Shown here: in pieces, positions 19,535-28,894 of the stretch
Position numbering within the stretch: position 1 is the stretch's first letter
Layout: every line of letters begins with the position of its first letter
NCBI GenBank assembly: GCA_963845145.1
Contig: CAWJQU010000005.1
Coordinates: 160,001 to 224,000, forward strand
Length of the DNA: 64,000 bases
Direction of reading: 5' to 3'
DNA from: an uncultured delta proteobacterium
GTDB taxonomy: Bacteria; Desulfobacterota; Desulfobacteria; Desulfobacterales; QNYZ01
Translations under genes and position numbers: made by a program
Notes under the pieces: generated by a model
Database searches by the model: none
Told to the model about the DNA's origin: nothing
Seen by the model: the letters and a program-made list of their open reading frames with translations, nothing else

Positions 19535-21117
19535 GCCAATCTAACTCAATCACTTTGTACCCTTTGGGACGACGTATTGACTTTAGCCCCGGTCAGAACC
19601 TTTATCAGGCCCTTACCAGGGCCGGGATCAGGATCACCCAGGCCTGTGGTGGGCGAGGCATCTGCGGTAAGTGTCGAATCCGCTACCTGAGCCCACCGCC
19701 ATTGCCTACCCAGGCCGATTTGAAGCATACCACCGGGGAACAGCGCCAAGACGGTCAGCGATTGGCCTGCACCCACACCCCTCTTCTCGGTTCCCACGTG
19801 GAGTTGTTGAGCAAAGCCACGCCTTTGCCTGCTAAATTAGAGCTGGGAATCGAGCATTTGCCAGTAGACCCCTGGCCTGGTCTCAATGAAGGTGATTTGG
19901 TCATGGCTCTGGACTTAGGCACCACCAATCTTGTGGGTCATTTGCTGGATCCGGTCAAAGGCCGCTTGCTGGGAGCCACTTCGTTGCTAAACAGCCAATC
20001 TATTTTTGGGGCGGACGTAATGAGCCGCCTTACCCTTGCCAGCCATGGCGGACCCGAAGCCCGCCGCGAGATGCAGCAACTGACTTTGGGAGATTTGGAA
20101 GCATTGGTTGCACCCTGGAACTTAGGCGAGGGAAATATTAAACATTTAGTCGGGGTAATGAACACCGCCATGGCGTCGATGCTCTTGAACTGGGACCCTG
20201 ACGAGCTGGGCCGTCATCCCTGCAGGGTCCAGCAGGAGGGGCCCATACACTATTCGCCGGCAGGGTTGAGCGGTGCCTTAGCCGGAGTGTCTATACACCT
20301 ACCATCTATGCTGGGTGGGTTTGTGGGCGCCGACACCACCAGCGCCCTGTGGGCCGCATTGGCCCAAGGCCCTCAACCGCCCTTTGCCTTACTCGATATA
20401 GGAACAAACGCTGAGGTAGCACTGGTAACTTCCGATGAAATCTTGTGCTGCTCTTGCGCTGCCGGTCCCGCATTTGAGGGCGCAGGCCTGTCGAGCGGCA
20501 TGCGGGCAGCCCCGGGAGCAATTGACCATGTCAAAATAGAACATGGACGGGTGCAGTTTTCAGTTATCGGCAAGACCGAGCCTAAGGGTATTACCGGGTC
20601 GGGTATCCTGAGCTTGATGGCGGCATTGTTGGAGGTAGGAGCCATGGACAACTTCGGTGCTCTGATTCCCGGGGTCCTGGAATCAGGTGTCGTGCAAACT
20701 GGGCCAGACGGCCGTTCGGTGCTGTTGTATCAAGGGGTAAGTGTAAGCGACCAGGATATCGAACAGATTATGCTGGCCAAAGCAGCCGCTGCAGCCGGCC
20801 TGGAAGTTTTATTTGAGAAAGCAGGCCTACACCCCAAAGAAATAACACAGCTCTTTCTCTGCGGCACCTTTGCCGGCCACCTGAAAGTCGAAGATGTCTT
20901 GACCATAGGTTTGGTTCCGACTGATTTTAGCCAACGTATTAGCAGCTTGGGCAATGCGGCTGCCTTAGGTGCAGCAATGATGGCTTGTTCACAGCGGGAT
21001 TTCGTGGAGGCTTCTCGCCTGGTCTCGCGTACCAAACACTTGAGTTTGTCCAACAGTGCCGGGTTCAAAGAATTTTTTGGATTCCATATGAAATTTAACC
21101 GGCAGGTTTCTATTTAA
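19531..21117 (+). CDS. RACo/ASKHA (DUF4445) ATP-dependent corrinoid reductive activator with N-terminal 2Fe-2S domain
   Basis: CGGRGICGKC…RLAC, DLGTT, GADVMSR, DIGTNAE, AAGPAFEG and GNAA motifs. Confidence 0.93.
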   Translation: MSQSNSITLYPLGRRIDFSPGQNLYQALTRAGIRITQACGGRGICGKCRIRYLSPPPLPTQADLKHTTGEQRQDGQRLACTHTPLLGSHVELLSKATPLPAKLELGIEHLPVDPWPGLNEGDLVMALDLGTTNLVGHLLDPVKGRLLGATSLLNSQSIFGADVMSRLTLASHGGPEARREMQQLTLGDLEALVAPWNLGEGNIKHLVGVMNTAMASMLLNWDPDELGRHPCRVQQEGPIHYSPAGLSGALAGVSIHLPSMLGGFVGADTTSALWAALAQGPQPPFALLDIGTNAEVALVTSDEILCCSCAAGPAFEGAGLSSGMRAAPGAIDHVKIEHGRVQFSVIGKTEPKGITGSGILSLMAALLEVGAMDNFGALIPGVLESGVVQTGPDGRSVLLYQGVSVSDQDIEQIMLAKAAAAAGLEVLFEKAGLHPKEITQLFLCGTFAGHLKVEDVLTIGLVPTDFSQRISSLGNAAALGAAMMACSQRDFVEASRLVSRTKHLSLSNSAGFKEFFGFHMKFNRQVSI

Positions 21118-21123
21118 GGACGT

Positions 21124-21420
21124 ATGACCATGATTCACCGCACCCCATCAAATCTCAGTAAGCCTCGGCCACTCTTGCCAAACAGTGTGCGGCGGTTTTT
21201 TTCCTGTTTTTTAAAACCTGAAACAATCTGCAAGTCGATCAAAGTTGCCTTGGTTGTGGGACCTATCCTGATTTCCATCAACCACATCGACACCGTGATT
21301 CGTGGGCAGGTTGATCTGTACTGTGCAGTAAAAATGGCCCTGACGTTCATGGTCCCCTTTTGTGTTTCAGGGTATGCCACTGCAACGACCATGATGGCCC
21401 AGAGCGGCCAAAATAATTAG
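21124..21420 (+). CDS. Small NrtS-like membrane protein
   Basis: ALVVGPILISINH…LTFMVPFCVSGY pattern with 2 TM helices; last gene of the MT operon. Confidence 0.7.
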   Translation: MTMIHRTPSNLSKPRPLLPNSVRRFFSCFLKPETICKSIKVALVVGPILISINHIDTVIRGQVDLYCAVKMALTFMVPFCVSGYATATTMMAQSGQNN

Positions 21421-21634
21421 CCCCATACCGCACACCTCTCAGTCAAATAGGCACTTACCGCTCTAAGCCCCCAAAAGACTGGAATCATTTCCAGGCAGCC
21501 CATCCAGGCCAAGACCGGGGTAATTCACCAGCAGGATCAGCCGCTTTATAGGGAATAAATATCATTTCATACTCACGGCTGCTTTTCGGTTGTTTTAACA
21601 AATTTCCCTTTCGTAAATAATATTTAGTGCGATT

Positions 21635-22513
21635 TTACATGCATTTCCTGACAAGTTCCATGAAATTTCGAAGTACTTTCGAAATCCTTCTATCTTTATG
21701 CCAAATCATGAGAACGGATACATCCAAATCACGCATCCATTTTAATTCAATAAGCTGTTCACTATGGATTTCTTTTTGAATAGATTTTGCTGGAAGAACG
21801 GCTATACCGATTCCATTTATGACACATTTTTTAATTGCTTCGATACTTGTCAATTCTACTATTGAAGATGGTTTTGTAATATCTGTGTTTATCAATTGTC
21901 TGAAAATTAAACCATGGCCGCAACCTGCTTTGGGCAAGAATACCGTTTGAGAATGTAAATCAGTTGCGTCGACGACTTTCTTATCGGCGATTGGATTTGT
22001 AGGGCTCGAAACAACGACTAGCTTTTCCGTTAATATTTTTTCTGAGTTTAAGTTTATGGAATCAAAGGATTCAGAAAATATAAACGCCAGATCCACTGAT
22101 TCAGTTCGTAATTCATTTTCAAGGCCGCTTTGAGAGCAATTGCTGATATCAAAGTTTATTGTTGGGAAAGAAATTAAAAATTTTTGTATTAGCGTTGGAA
22201 AATAGTTTACAGCAATGGCTTCCGGTACCATTAGCCGGATGGTCCCCACGGGATTCTTTTTGTTAGATATCTCAGCCAGCGCCTCTTCCTCAATAGAAAG
22301 CAACTTATTCGCATAAACCAACATTTTTTCTCCAGCCTCTGTTAAAACAACCCTCTTTTTAATTCTTTTAAACAGAAGCTCGCCAATTTCTTCTTCAAGA
22401 GATTTGATTTGGGCTGATATCGTTGATTGCGCACAGTTTAGGACGCTAGCGGCTTTGTTAAAATTTAAGAACACCCCCACAGTTCTGAATGTTTTAAGCT
22501 TATGTAAATCCAT
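21635..22513 (-). CDS. LysR-family transcriptional regulator
   Basis: N-terminal HTH (NFNKAASVLNCAQSTISAQIKSLEEEIG…LTEAG) plus substrate-binding domain. Confidence 0.95.
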   Translation of the reverse strand: MDLHKLKTFRTVGVFLNFNKAASVLNCAQSTISAQIKSLEEEIGELLFKRIKKRVVLTEAGEKMLVYANKLLSIEEEALAEISNKKNPVGTIRLMVPEAIAVNYFPTLIQKFLISFPTINFDISNCSQSGLENELRTESVDLAFIFSESFDSINLNSEKILTEKLVVVSSPTNPIADKKVVDATDLHSQTVFLPKAGCGHGLIFRQLINTDITKPSSIVELTSIEAIKKCVINGIGIAVLPAKSIQKEIHSEQLIELKWMRDLDVSVLMIWHKDRRISKVLRNFMELVRKCM

Positions 22514-22525
22514 TGGCTCTCATTT

Positions 22526-22544
22526 TAATCGTATTTTACGATTA
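22526..22544. promoter_or_regulatory. LysR-type operator palindrome
   Basis: TAATCGTA-TTT-TACGATTA contains T-N11-A and lies between lysR and the divergent gene. Confidence 0.65.
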
Positions 22545-22660
22545 ATTTTATCAAAATATTTCGTTGGACACAAGATTAAATATATTTAATTATGATTACA
22601 GATAGTAAATACAATAAACTTAATTCATATTTTAGATTAAATGTGCCTTTGGAATGTTCA

Positions 22661-23230
22661 ATGATAGATATCATGCTTCAAATATGGGGCGGTTTTTTTT
22701 ATCTGCTCAATAAAATATTTTTTTCAAGAGCTGAAAGAAGCAAAAGCGAGCAGCTCAAGAAAAATTGGCGCATACGGTCTTGGTTGGTTTATATGGCTGG
22801 TTTACCCGCGTGGGTTATTGTTTTTGTTTCTGAGTATAACTGGATTGCAGCTGCTGTAGAATCAGGCGGCGCCCCTGCCATGTTGATTGGGCTAATTATT
22901 GCCCGGAGAGGGCATGGGAAAGAACCCAAGTGGCTTGCAAATATAGCCCGATTTTCAGTTGTATTTGGTTTGGCCCTTAGCCTTTACCAACATGGTGGTG
23001 TTAAAACAGTCACCCAATTGCTTGAATTGGGTATAGCTGCCGGGTTTCTTATGGGAACCTACATGATGGCAAAGGATAAAATACAGGGATATTTTTGGTT
23101 AATGTTGGGAAACGTTAGCTGCGCATCGCTGATGGGCATCGAGGGGTATTTGATACTGATGGTTCAGCAAATGGTATCCCTGATATTCGTTACCGATGCG
23201 TACCTGGCACGCAGGAAAATTTCCATGTAG
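22661..23230 (+). CDS. Integral membrane protein of unknown function
   Basis: About 6 hydrophobic segments; divergent from lysR; start uncertain. Confidence 0.65.
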   Translation: MIDIMLQIWGGFFYLLNKIFFSRAERSKSEQLKKNWRIRSWLVYMAGLPAWVIVFVSEYNWIAAAVESGGAPAMLIGLIIARRGHGKEPKWLANIARFSVVFGLALSLYQHGGVKTVTQLLELGIAAGFLMGTYMMAKDKIQGYFWLMLGNVSCASLMGIEGYLILMVQQMVSLIFVTDAYLARRKISM

Positions 23231-23542
23231 GGGCCGGCATAATCATAAAATTTATGGACTTGTGACGACTGCTTCTATGTACAAAACGCCCTGTGAAAAA
23301 ATGATCGGCTACAACATTGAGGGTGAAGGCTTCCGGAGATTCATTGACTTTCAATTTTCTTTCACGGGAAACAACGAACACGGACACCTTGTGTTTCTCC
23401 AGCGATGATAAAGATATCAATGTTGCATAGTGGCAGGTTTGAGTCACACCATTTGACACATATTTTTTGCATGGTTATGTTAATTTTAACATAAGGGCTT
23501 TATCGCCCTAAAAGCCAAGATACTCTGAAAAGGAAAATCATC

Positions 23543-24058
23543 ATGAAAAGTATTAAAAATATAGCCGTTAGGCGCCTCCTGCCCTTTCTATTAACCGTAC
23601 TTCTTTTAACCTTTGCAGGCGCTCCAGCCATCGCTGGCGATTACGCTGCTCTAAAGGGCGTCAATGGAGTCAACACTGTTTTTGATGTGAGCCAACAATC
23701 ACCAAAAGTAGCCAACCTCGTTTTTTGGGCAGTAAGAGATGTGTACCAGAATCAATCCGTACGCGCACTTTCGAACCCACCGCGCACGGTTGTCGTCTTT
23801 CACGGCCCTGCAGTAAAACTCATTTCCACCGAAAGAAAGTGGTTCAAACCAGAGGAAGTGGCGGAAGTTGATAAGTTTGCAGATACGATCAAAGAGATGA
23901 AAAAGGATGGTGTAACGTTTGAGATTTGCGATTATGCCGCAAAGGTTATGGGGGTTGATCCTGCTACAATTCTACCCGAAATCGACCATGTGGACAACGG
24001 ATTTGTTTCTGTCGCCGGATATCAAGCCCAAGGATACTCTGTAGTGAGGATACCATAG
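23543..24058 (+). CDS. Secreted DsrE/F-like protein
   Basis: Signal peptide, VVVFHGPAV, GVTFEIC and YQAQGY motifs. Confidence 0.8.
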   Translation: MKSIKNIAVRRLLPFLLTVLLLTFAGAPAIAGDYAALKGVNGVNTVFDVSQQSPKVANLVFWAVRDVYQNQSVRALSNPPRTVVVFHGPAVKLISTERKWFKPEEVAEVDKFADTIKEMKKDGVTFEICDYAAKVMGVDPATILPEIDHVDNGFVSVAGYQAQGYSVVRIP

Positions 24059-24261
24059 ATTACCTTACTAAAACGCGCCAAGGGCCAAGATGGGATATGC
24101 TTGAGAATAACCTGTCACACACGCTGCTTACGATCCGCCCGTATCCCTACTGACTTTTGTACTGACCATAGCAACCGTATCGATTGCATATTGGGCGGGT
24201 TGTATCGCGCAATATATTAGAGGCTTACCAGTATAAATATTTTTATGCGGGGATAAAAAAC

Positions 24262-24762
24262 CTATTTCCGAAACCTCTGGACTTCAAAATCATCACCTTT
24301 GGGGGTTATTAAATCCACCACCACCTCTATGCCCCCGAAGCCATCAACAATGTCATGGGCCCGAACCCGTACTTTTTGAATATCAGTCGGAATCTTTAAC
24401 CCATTTTGACTACGGGTGAAGGGTTGTTCGGTTTCATGGGGATGCCATAGCACGCGGGTAAATTTGTCTTTGGGATTCGTTTTGAGGACGGTGTTATCGG
24501 GTAAGACCACGTCCCAACCGTTGGCGTAGTCTTTCCATCCGGTATCCGGATGGGAAACGGTTACATGAAAGGTCCAGACACCTTTTTCGGTTTCCACGGC
24601 CCGCACAAAGATGACATCGGCATTTCCATTGAATAATGCGGAAGAGCCGGCGTTAGTTAGGACAATGACCATGGGAATGACGAGCGCCACCCGTCTTAAG
24701 TACTTCGCCATAGTGGAAAGATCTTCTTTGATAGGATAAATATGTTTGGGGCGATTTTTCAT
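24262..24762 (-). CDS. Secreted hypothetical protein, copy B
   Basis: DTGWKDYANGW…LWHPHETEQPFTRS…RAHD motif; near-identical to 27626-28075. Confidence 0.8.
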   Translation of the reverse strand: MKNRPKHIYPIKEDLSTMAKYLRRVALVIPMVIVLTNAGSSALFNGNADVIFVRAVETEKGVWTFHVTVSHPDTGWKDYANGWDVVLPDNTVLKTNPKDKFTRVLWHPHETEQPFTRSQNGLKIPTDIQKVRVRAHDIVDGFGGIEVVVDLITPKGDDFEVQRFRK

Positions 24763-24833
24763 TCAAATTCTGATAAATCGCCCCAAACAAAACATTGCGA
24801 TGCTCTGAAACAAGCTTAAACTTGCTTGAGGTT

Positions 24834-24969
24834 AGGCAGCCTTGGACTCTAACGCGTTCGCCTTTTTATCGGCCGTATACAGTCGTTGGGCGGCTTCACG
24901 TTTTTTGGAGATACTCACATCCGACGCTTCCACAAACTCAACCGCATGAACCTCGCAAAAACGAACACA
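24834..24969 (-). repeat. 136-bp duplicate of the 3' end of the ferredoxin gene (28341-28476)
   Basis: Sequence is identical except for one substitution seen. Confidence 0.95.
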
Positions 24970-25013
24970 GTCGTATTTGATGTGATTGAATGTTCCATAT
25001 TGACCTCCTATCT

Positions 25014-25073
25014 GGATAACGCCAAGATAGGTGGGCACGGTTGTTTGTGCGCCGCTTGAGCGACAGGTTAGCC
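25014..25073 (-). other. attC site (integron cassette recombination site)
   Basis: Minus strand: GGCTAAC-ctgtc-GCTCAAGC…GCAC/GTGC stem…GTTATCC. Begins 9 bp after the MBL stop codon; L' is degenerate. Confidence 0.7.
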
Positions 25074-25082
25074 TTCGGTGGC

Positions 25083-26178
25083 CTAAACTTTTTTGAGCTT
25101 CCATCTTCCGAAATATCGAAGGGATGAATAAAAAAGTATCGTAAAAAATGTTATCGCCATAGCCAACATCACTATAAACCGCTTTGAAAAAATAAATACA
25201 GAATCGAAAAAAGGCGTCAAATAAATTAGGATCTGTTCTTTCTGATGTAGGCGCAGTGGTAACCCGGGAGCCATAAAAGTTTCTGACAAACTAAGATCAA
25301 CAGCACCATCTTTCACCTTTAACATTTCCAGATGAACTTTTTTAATCCAGTCTACGCTGAATTGTTGCAAACCGTGAGCGCCGAAAAAATGATAATTTTC
25401 TTTTGTTTTTGCTAGCAGAGCATCAATGGCTTCAACATAGACAGCGATGTCACTTCCCGGTAAAAATATTACAAAGCCCCCTAGATGCTGATACATGAAA
25501 TCGCCAGTAAACACATAGCCATTTTTATGATCCACCAGCGTCAACGATTCAAAAGTGTGTCCTGGTGTGTTTAAAACCTGAATTTTCCTATTTCCAAGAT
25601 TTAAGTATTCATTCGGTTTTATCCAATCCAAAATTCTAATATCTCTTGCCCGAATCACTGTTTCAAGTGACAGAGACACGCACAGAAGGAGGGGCACCAT
25701 TATTAGACTCCGGATCTTGAATTCGCGAACGCAAATAAGGCAGGTCAATCATGAGAATACCCTCAAACGCTTCCAGATCCCCGATATGATCCACATGGAA
25801 ATGGGACAACATTAGAGTGACGGACTTGTCAGTCAAGCTTTCCGCCATCTCTCTCATTGTTGGAATATTCTCAGGACGTTCTCCGGCCCCAGCGTCAAGA
25901 AGAATAGCCTTGTTACTTCCAATAATCAAAAAAGATGAATTATATTGAGATGCTCGCGGTTCTCCAATGATGTATGTGTTTTCATCTATCGCTTCAACGG
26001 CATACCATTCATCCACATACTTCGCCTGATCGCTCCAGGGATCTCCAATTTTTATATCATTAAAAACATCTCTGTTTGTATACGGCGACTCGGCAACGAT
26101 TGATGCTACCAATAGTGGCATTGAAATGGTTACCAACGCAAAAAAGGCTGCGAGCGCAATATGTCTTTTTTTCTTCAC
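25083..26178 (-). pseudogene. Membrane-anchored metallo-beta-lactamase-fold hydrolase cassette gene, frameshifted at ~25670
   Basis: SHFHVDHIG lies in the upstream frame; TPGHT…FTGD…GAHG lie in the downstream frame. Confidence 0.85.
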
Positions 26179-26199
26179 TGAATAAAAATAAATTTGTGA

Positions 26200-26287
26200 G
26201 GCTAACTCCCGGCGTGAGCAGCGCCGCTGATACATTTCTAATTTCGTCAGCAATTTGCTTGGCATCTGCTCTACGCAGATGTTATGT
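26200..26287 (-). other. attC site
   Basis: Minus strand: R'' ACATAAC-5 bp-L'' CGTAGAGC (extra A)…L' GCTCACG-6 bp-R' GTTAGCC. Confidence 0.85.
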
Positions 26288-26628
26288 GAAATACTAATTT
26301 ATTATCTGTTATTGAATGTTCAACGATGACTCGAATAATCAACGGTATCTTTAATATCGCGAACCTTTCAATGATTCTAAAGCATCCTGATATACTTTTT
26401 AATTTCAAATTTAGATCCTGAATTTCGATTCAACTTGAGAAAAGCAATGCCATATTATAAAAATCATGCTCTCTTTAATTGAGGCATCCAATTTCCTGCT
26501 CTAAATATCAAGTTTATTTGAGTTTTCAAATTTGCTTTGTTTGTATTATTTAAAAAGTACCCATTGTAAAGATTGATGGGCAAAGCAACTTTCTTTTAGA
26601 GTTTTAAAAATTTCTCATTCATCGCAAA

Positions 26629-26660
26629 ACATAACATTAATATTATCAAGTAAGGCTCAC
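26629..26660 (-). other. Candidate attI site
   Basis: Minus strand …CTTACTTGATAATATTAAT-GTTATGT. The core complements R'' of the first cassette; no attC hairpin upstream; faces the intI remnant. Confidence 0.55.
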
Positions 26661-26890
26661 TTTCGTTCCAGCAAGCCAAGGTTCCCGTCTCACCGAACCA
26701 TAGCCAAGAAAAACGGTTAAAAACAAGAAAACCACGATAATTATCTAAAATATTAAATAGAATAGGTCCACATTGTAGGTATCACCTCCCCACTTTTCAT
26801 TTTGCTGAAAAGTGGCTAGAATTTATGTGCCATATAGGGGTGTTATCTAAGATCGGACTCACTTTTATTCCTACCAAAGGAGGTGACGCT

Positions 26891-27460
26891 ATGAATAGTT
26901 TTAGCAAACTAATTGTTTAGTAAAGGTATATCCACAGAAAAGAAAGATGTTTATTATCACAATGTGGGCTAACAAAATACCTGAGATTTCAAGATAATCA
27001 AGCGTCAGAAAATGATGTCCTGAATGATGATATCAATTAATTTATGAGCTGGTTAAGAAATAATTATTCAGATTGAGCAGATTCGAACAGGCAAAAGAGA
27101 CTTTACAAAGATATTTTTTTGTTTTCAAAAATCAGGACTTAGCAAATTCCGACCATACAATACAGGATACACAGAATCAGAATTGGAAACGGGTCGCAGA
27201 TCAAGAGAATGACGCGAATACTAGCGGCTCAACAACAACGCTCGCTATAAACCGAGAAAGATCTACTTGTCATGGCTGCAGCATTTTTATCGATTCTCTT
27301 CAAACATGTAGCATAGCACCTATCTGCTGGATGGAAGTATCAAGTGGAAGATGTCTCGTGACTAACCCTACTAGCTGCCAAAAAGGCGCATTACGCGTCA
27401 CATTCAAAAGAGGACCCAGGCTTTGAACGCAATGGTGTTCTTTATTTAGCGCATCTGAAA
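26891..27460 (+). pseudogene. intI: Integron integrase remnant (5' part, multiple frameshifts and stops)
   Basis: RBS AAGGAGGT plus ATG. Fragments across frames read EQAKETLQRYFF, MTRIL..QQRSL*TEK-IYLSWLQHFYRF and QALNAMVF, matching IntI N-terminal motifs. No catalytic domain follows. Confidence 0.75.
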
Positions 27461-27625
27461 TCAGTGTTATATCGATATAGCGAGTTCGGAAAATTATTTA
27501 AAGTCAAGGGCTGTTATTTTTCAGTCCTATGGAAACATGAAATAAGATAATGGAAGTCTTTGAGATTGGAATATTATAAAGGCACATATATAGAAGACAT
27601 TTACATACGGGAAAAAAGTGGAATG

Positions 27626-28075
27626 CTATTTCCGAAACCGCTGGACGTTAAAATGATCGCCTTTGGGGGTTATTAAATCCACCACCACCTCTATGCCCCC
27701 GAAGCCATCAACAATGTCATGGGCCCGAACCCGTACTTTTTGAATATCAGCCGAAATCTTTAAACCATTTTGACTACGGGTGAAGGGTTGTTCCGTTTCA
27801 TGGGGATGCCATAGCACGCGGGTAAATTTGTCTTTGGGATTCGTTTTGAGGACGGTGTTATCGGGTAAGACCACGTCCCAACCGTTGGCGTAGTCTTTCC
27901 ATCCGGTATCCGGATGGGAAACGGTTACATGAAAGGTCCAGACACCTTTTTCGGTTTCCACGGCCCGCACAAAGGTGACATCGGCATTACCTTTTGTGGC
28001 TGAGAAAATCATTGTGGCGGGAAGTAAGCTGAGAAACAGGATCGAAATTCCGACTTTAAAGTCTCGGATTTTCAT
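27626..28075 (-). CDS. Secreted hypothetical protein, copy A
   Basis: Same mature domain as 24262-24762 but a different signal peptide. Confidence 0.8.
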   Translation of the reverse strand: MKIRDFKVGISILFLSLLPATMIFSATKGNADVTFVRAVETEKGVWTFHVTVSHPDTGWKDYANGWDVVLPDNTVLKTNPKDKFTRVLWHPHETEQPFTRSQNGLKISADIQKVRVRAHDIVDGFGGIEVVVDLITPKGDHFNVQRFRK

Positions 28076-28192
28076 TATAGATTAAGCCACTTCATTTGAT
28101 GGATGAGGCAATTTACTGTTTAAACGTGGCCAATGGCTCGGCGCTATCCTATCGATTTATGTTAAAAACGCCTGCTAAATGTCCATCTGATG

Positions 28193-28329
28193 TGATGGCA
28201 AAGTAACCCGCCTAAAGCGGACAAGTTCAAGGTGTCGCGAATCCTGTGTGATGAGGCGTACTCATCGTACGCCGCAATCACAACAGGATGAAGCGCAACG
28301 TCGAAATTGGGCTTTGTATGAAGCCATCA
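28193..28329. repeat. MITE-like palindromic intergenic element
   Basis: Ends TGATGGC/GCCATCA, nested ATCCTGT/ACAGGAT, central GGCGTAC-TCATC-GTACGCC hairpin. Confidence 0.7.
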
Positions 28330-28338
28330 AATGATAGT

Positions 28339-28839
28339 TCAGGCAGCCTTGGACTCTAACGCGTTCGCCTTTTTATCGGCCGTATACAGTCGTTGGGCGG
28401 CTTCACGTTTTTTGGAGATACTCACATCCGACGCTTCCACAAACTCAACCGCATGGACCTCGCAAAAACGAACACATTGGGGATCGCCATCGCACAGATC
28501 GCACTTGATCACTTTATTGTCGATATGGTTAAAACTCATGCCACCGAAGGGACACACCGAAACACAGGTGCGGCAACCGATGCACACTTCCGGGTCGACT
28601 TCCACGACGGCCGTTGCATCGTTACGGGTAATCGCCCCGACGGGGCAGCCATGTAGACAGGGGGCATCCTGACATTGCTGGCAGGCCATGGGGATGTAAA
28701 CCCCTTCCTGCTCCCACTTCATAACTCTGATACGGCTACGGATAGGGTTGGAGATACCATCATGCCGGACGGCGCAAACCAACTCGCAAAGCCGACAACC
28801 GGTACATTTTTCATGATTTATCTGCAGTGCTTTTGCCAT
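28339..28839 (-). CDS. 4Fe-4S polyferredoxin, AOR small subunit
   Basis: Four CxxC-type cluster motifs; downstream of the AOR gene. Confidence 0.9.
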   Translation of the reverse strand: MAKALQINHEKCTGCRLCELVCAVRHDGISNPIRSRIRVMKWEQEGVYIPMACQQCQDAPCLHGCPVGAITRNDATAVVEVDPEVCIGCRTCVSVCPFGGMSFNHIDNKVIKCDLCDGDPQCVRFCEVHAVEFVEASDVSISKKREAAQRLYTADKKANALESKAA

Positions 28840-28894
28840 TTATCATCTCTCCTTTTAAAATATCGGTCAATCGAATAACCTCTCGGTCCGTCGA

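Noticed and set aside
23231..23460. Short ORFs on both strands
   Set aside because: No RBS or recognisable motif; possibly a gene relic, but unsupported.
24832..25104. 90-aa ferredoxin-like ORF
   Set aside because: It is a chimera running through an attC into the duplicated ferredoxin tail.
25663..25665. Selenocysteine read-through of TGA in the MBL gene
   Set aside because: The downstream motifs lie in a different frame, so this is a frameshift.
27073..27426. Independent 117-aa gene
   Set aside because: It is a frame-hopping piece of the intI pseudogene.
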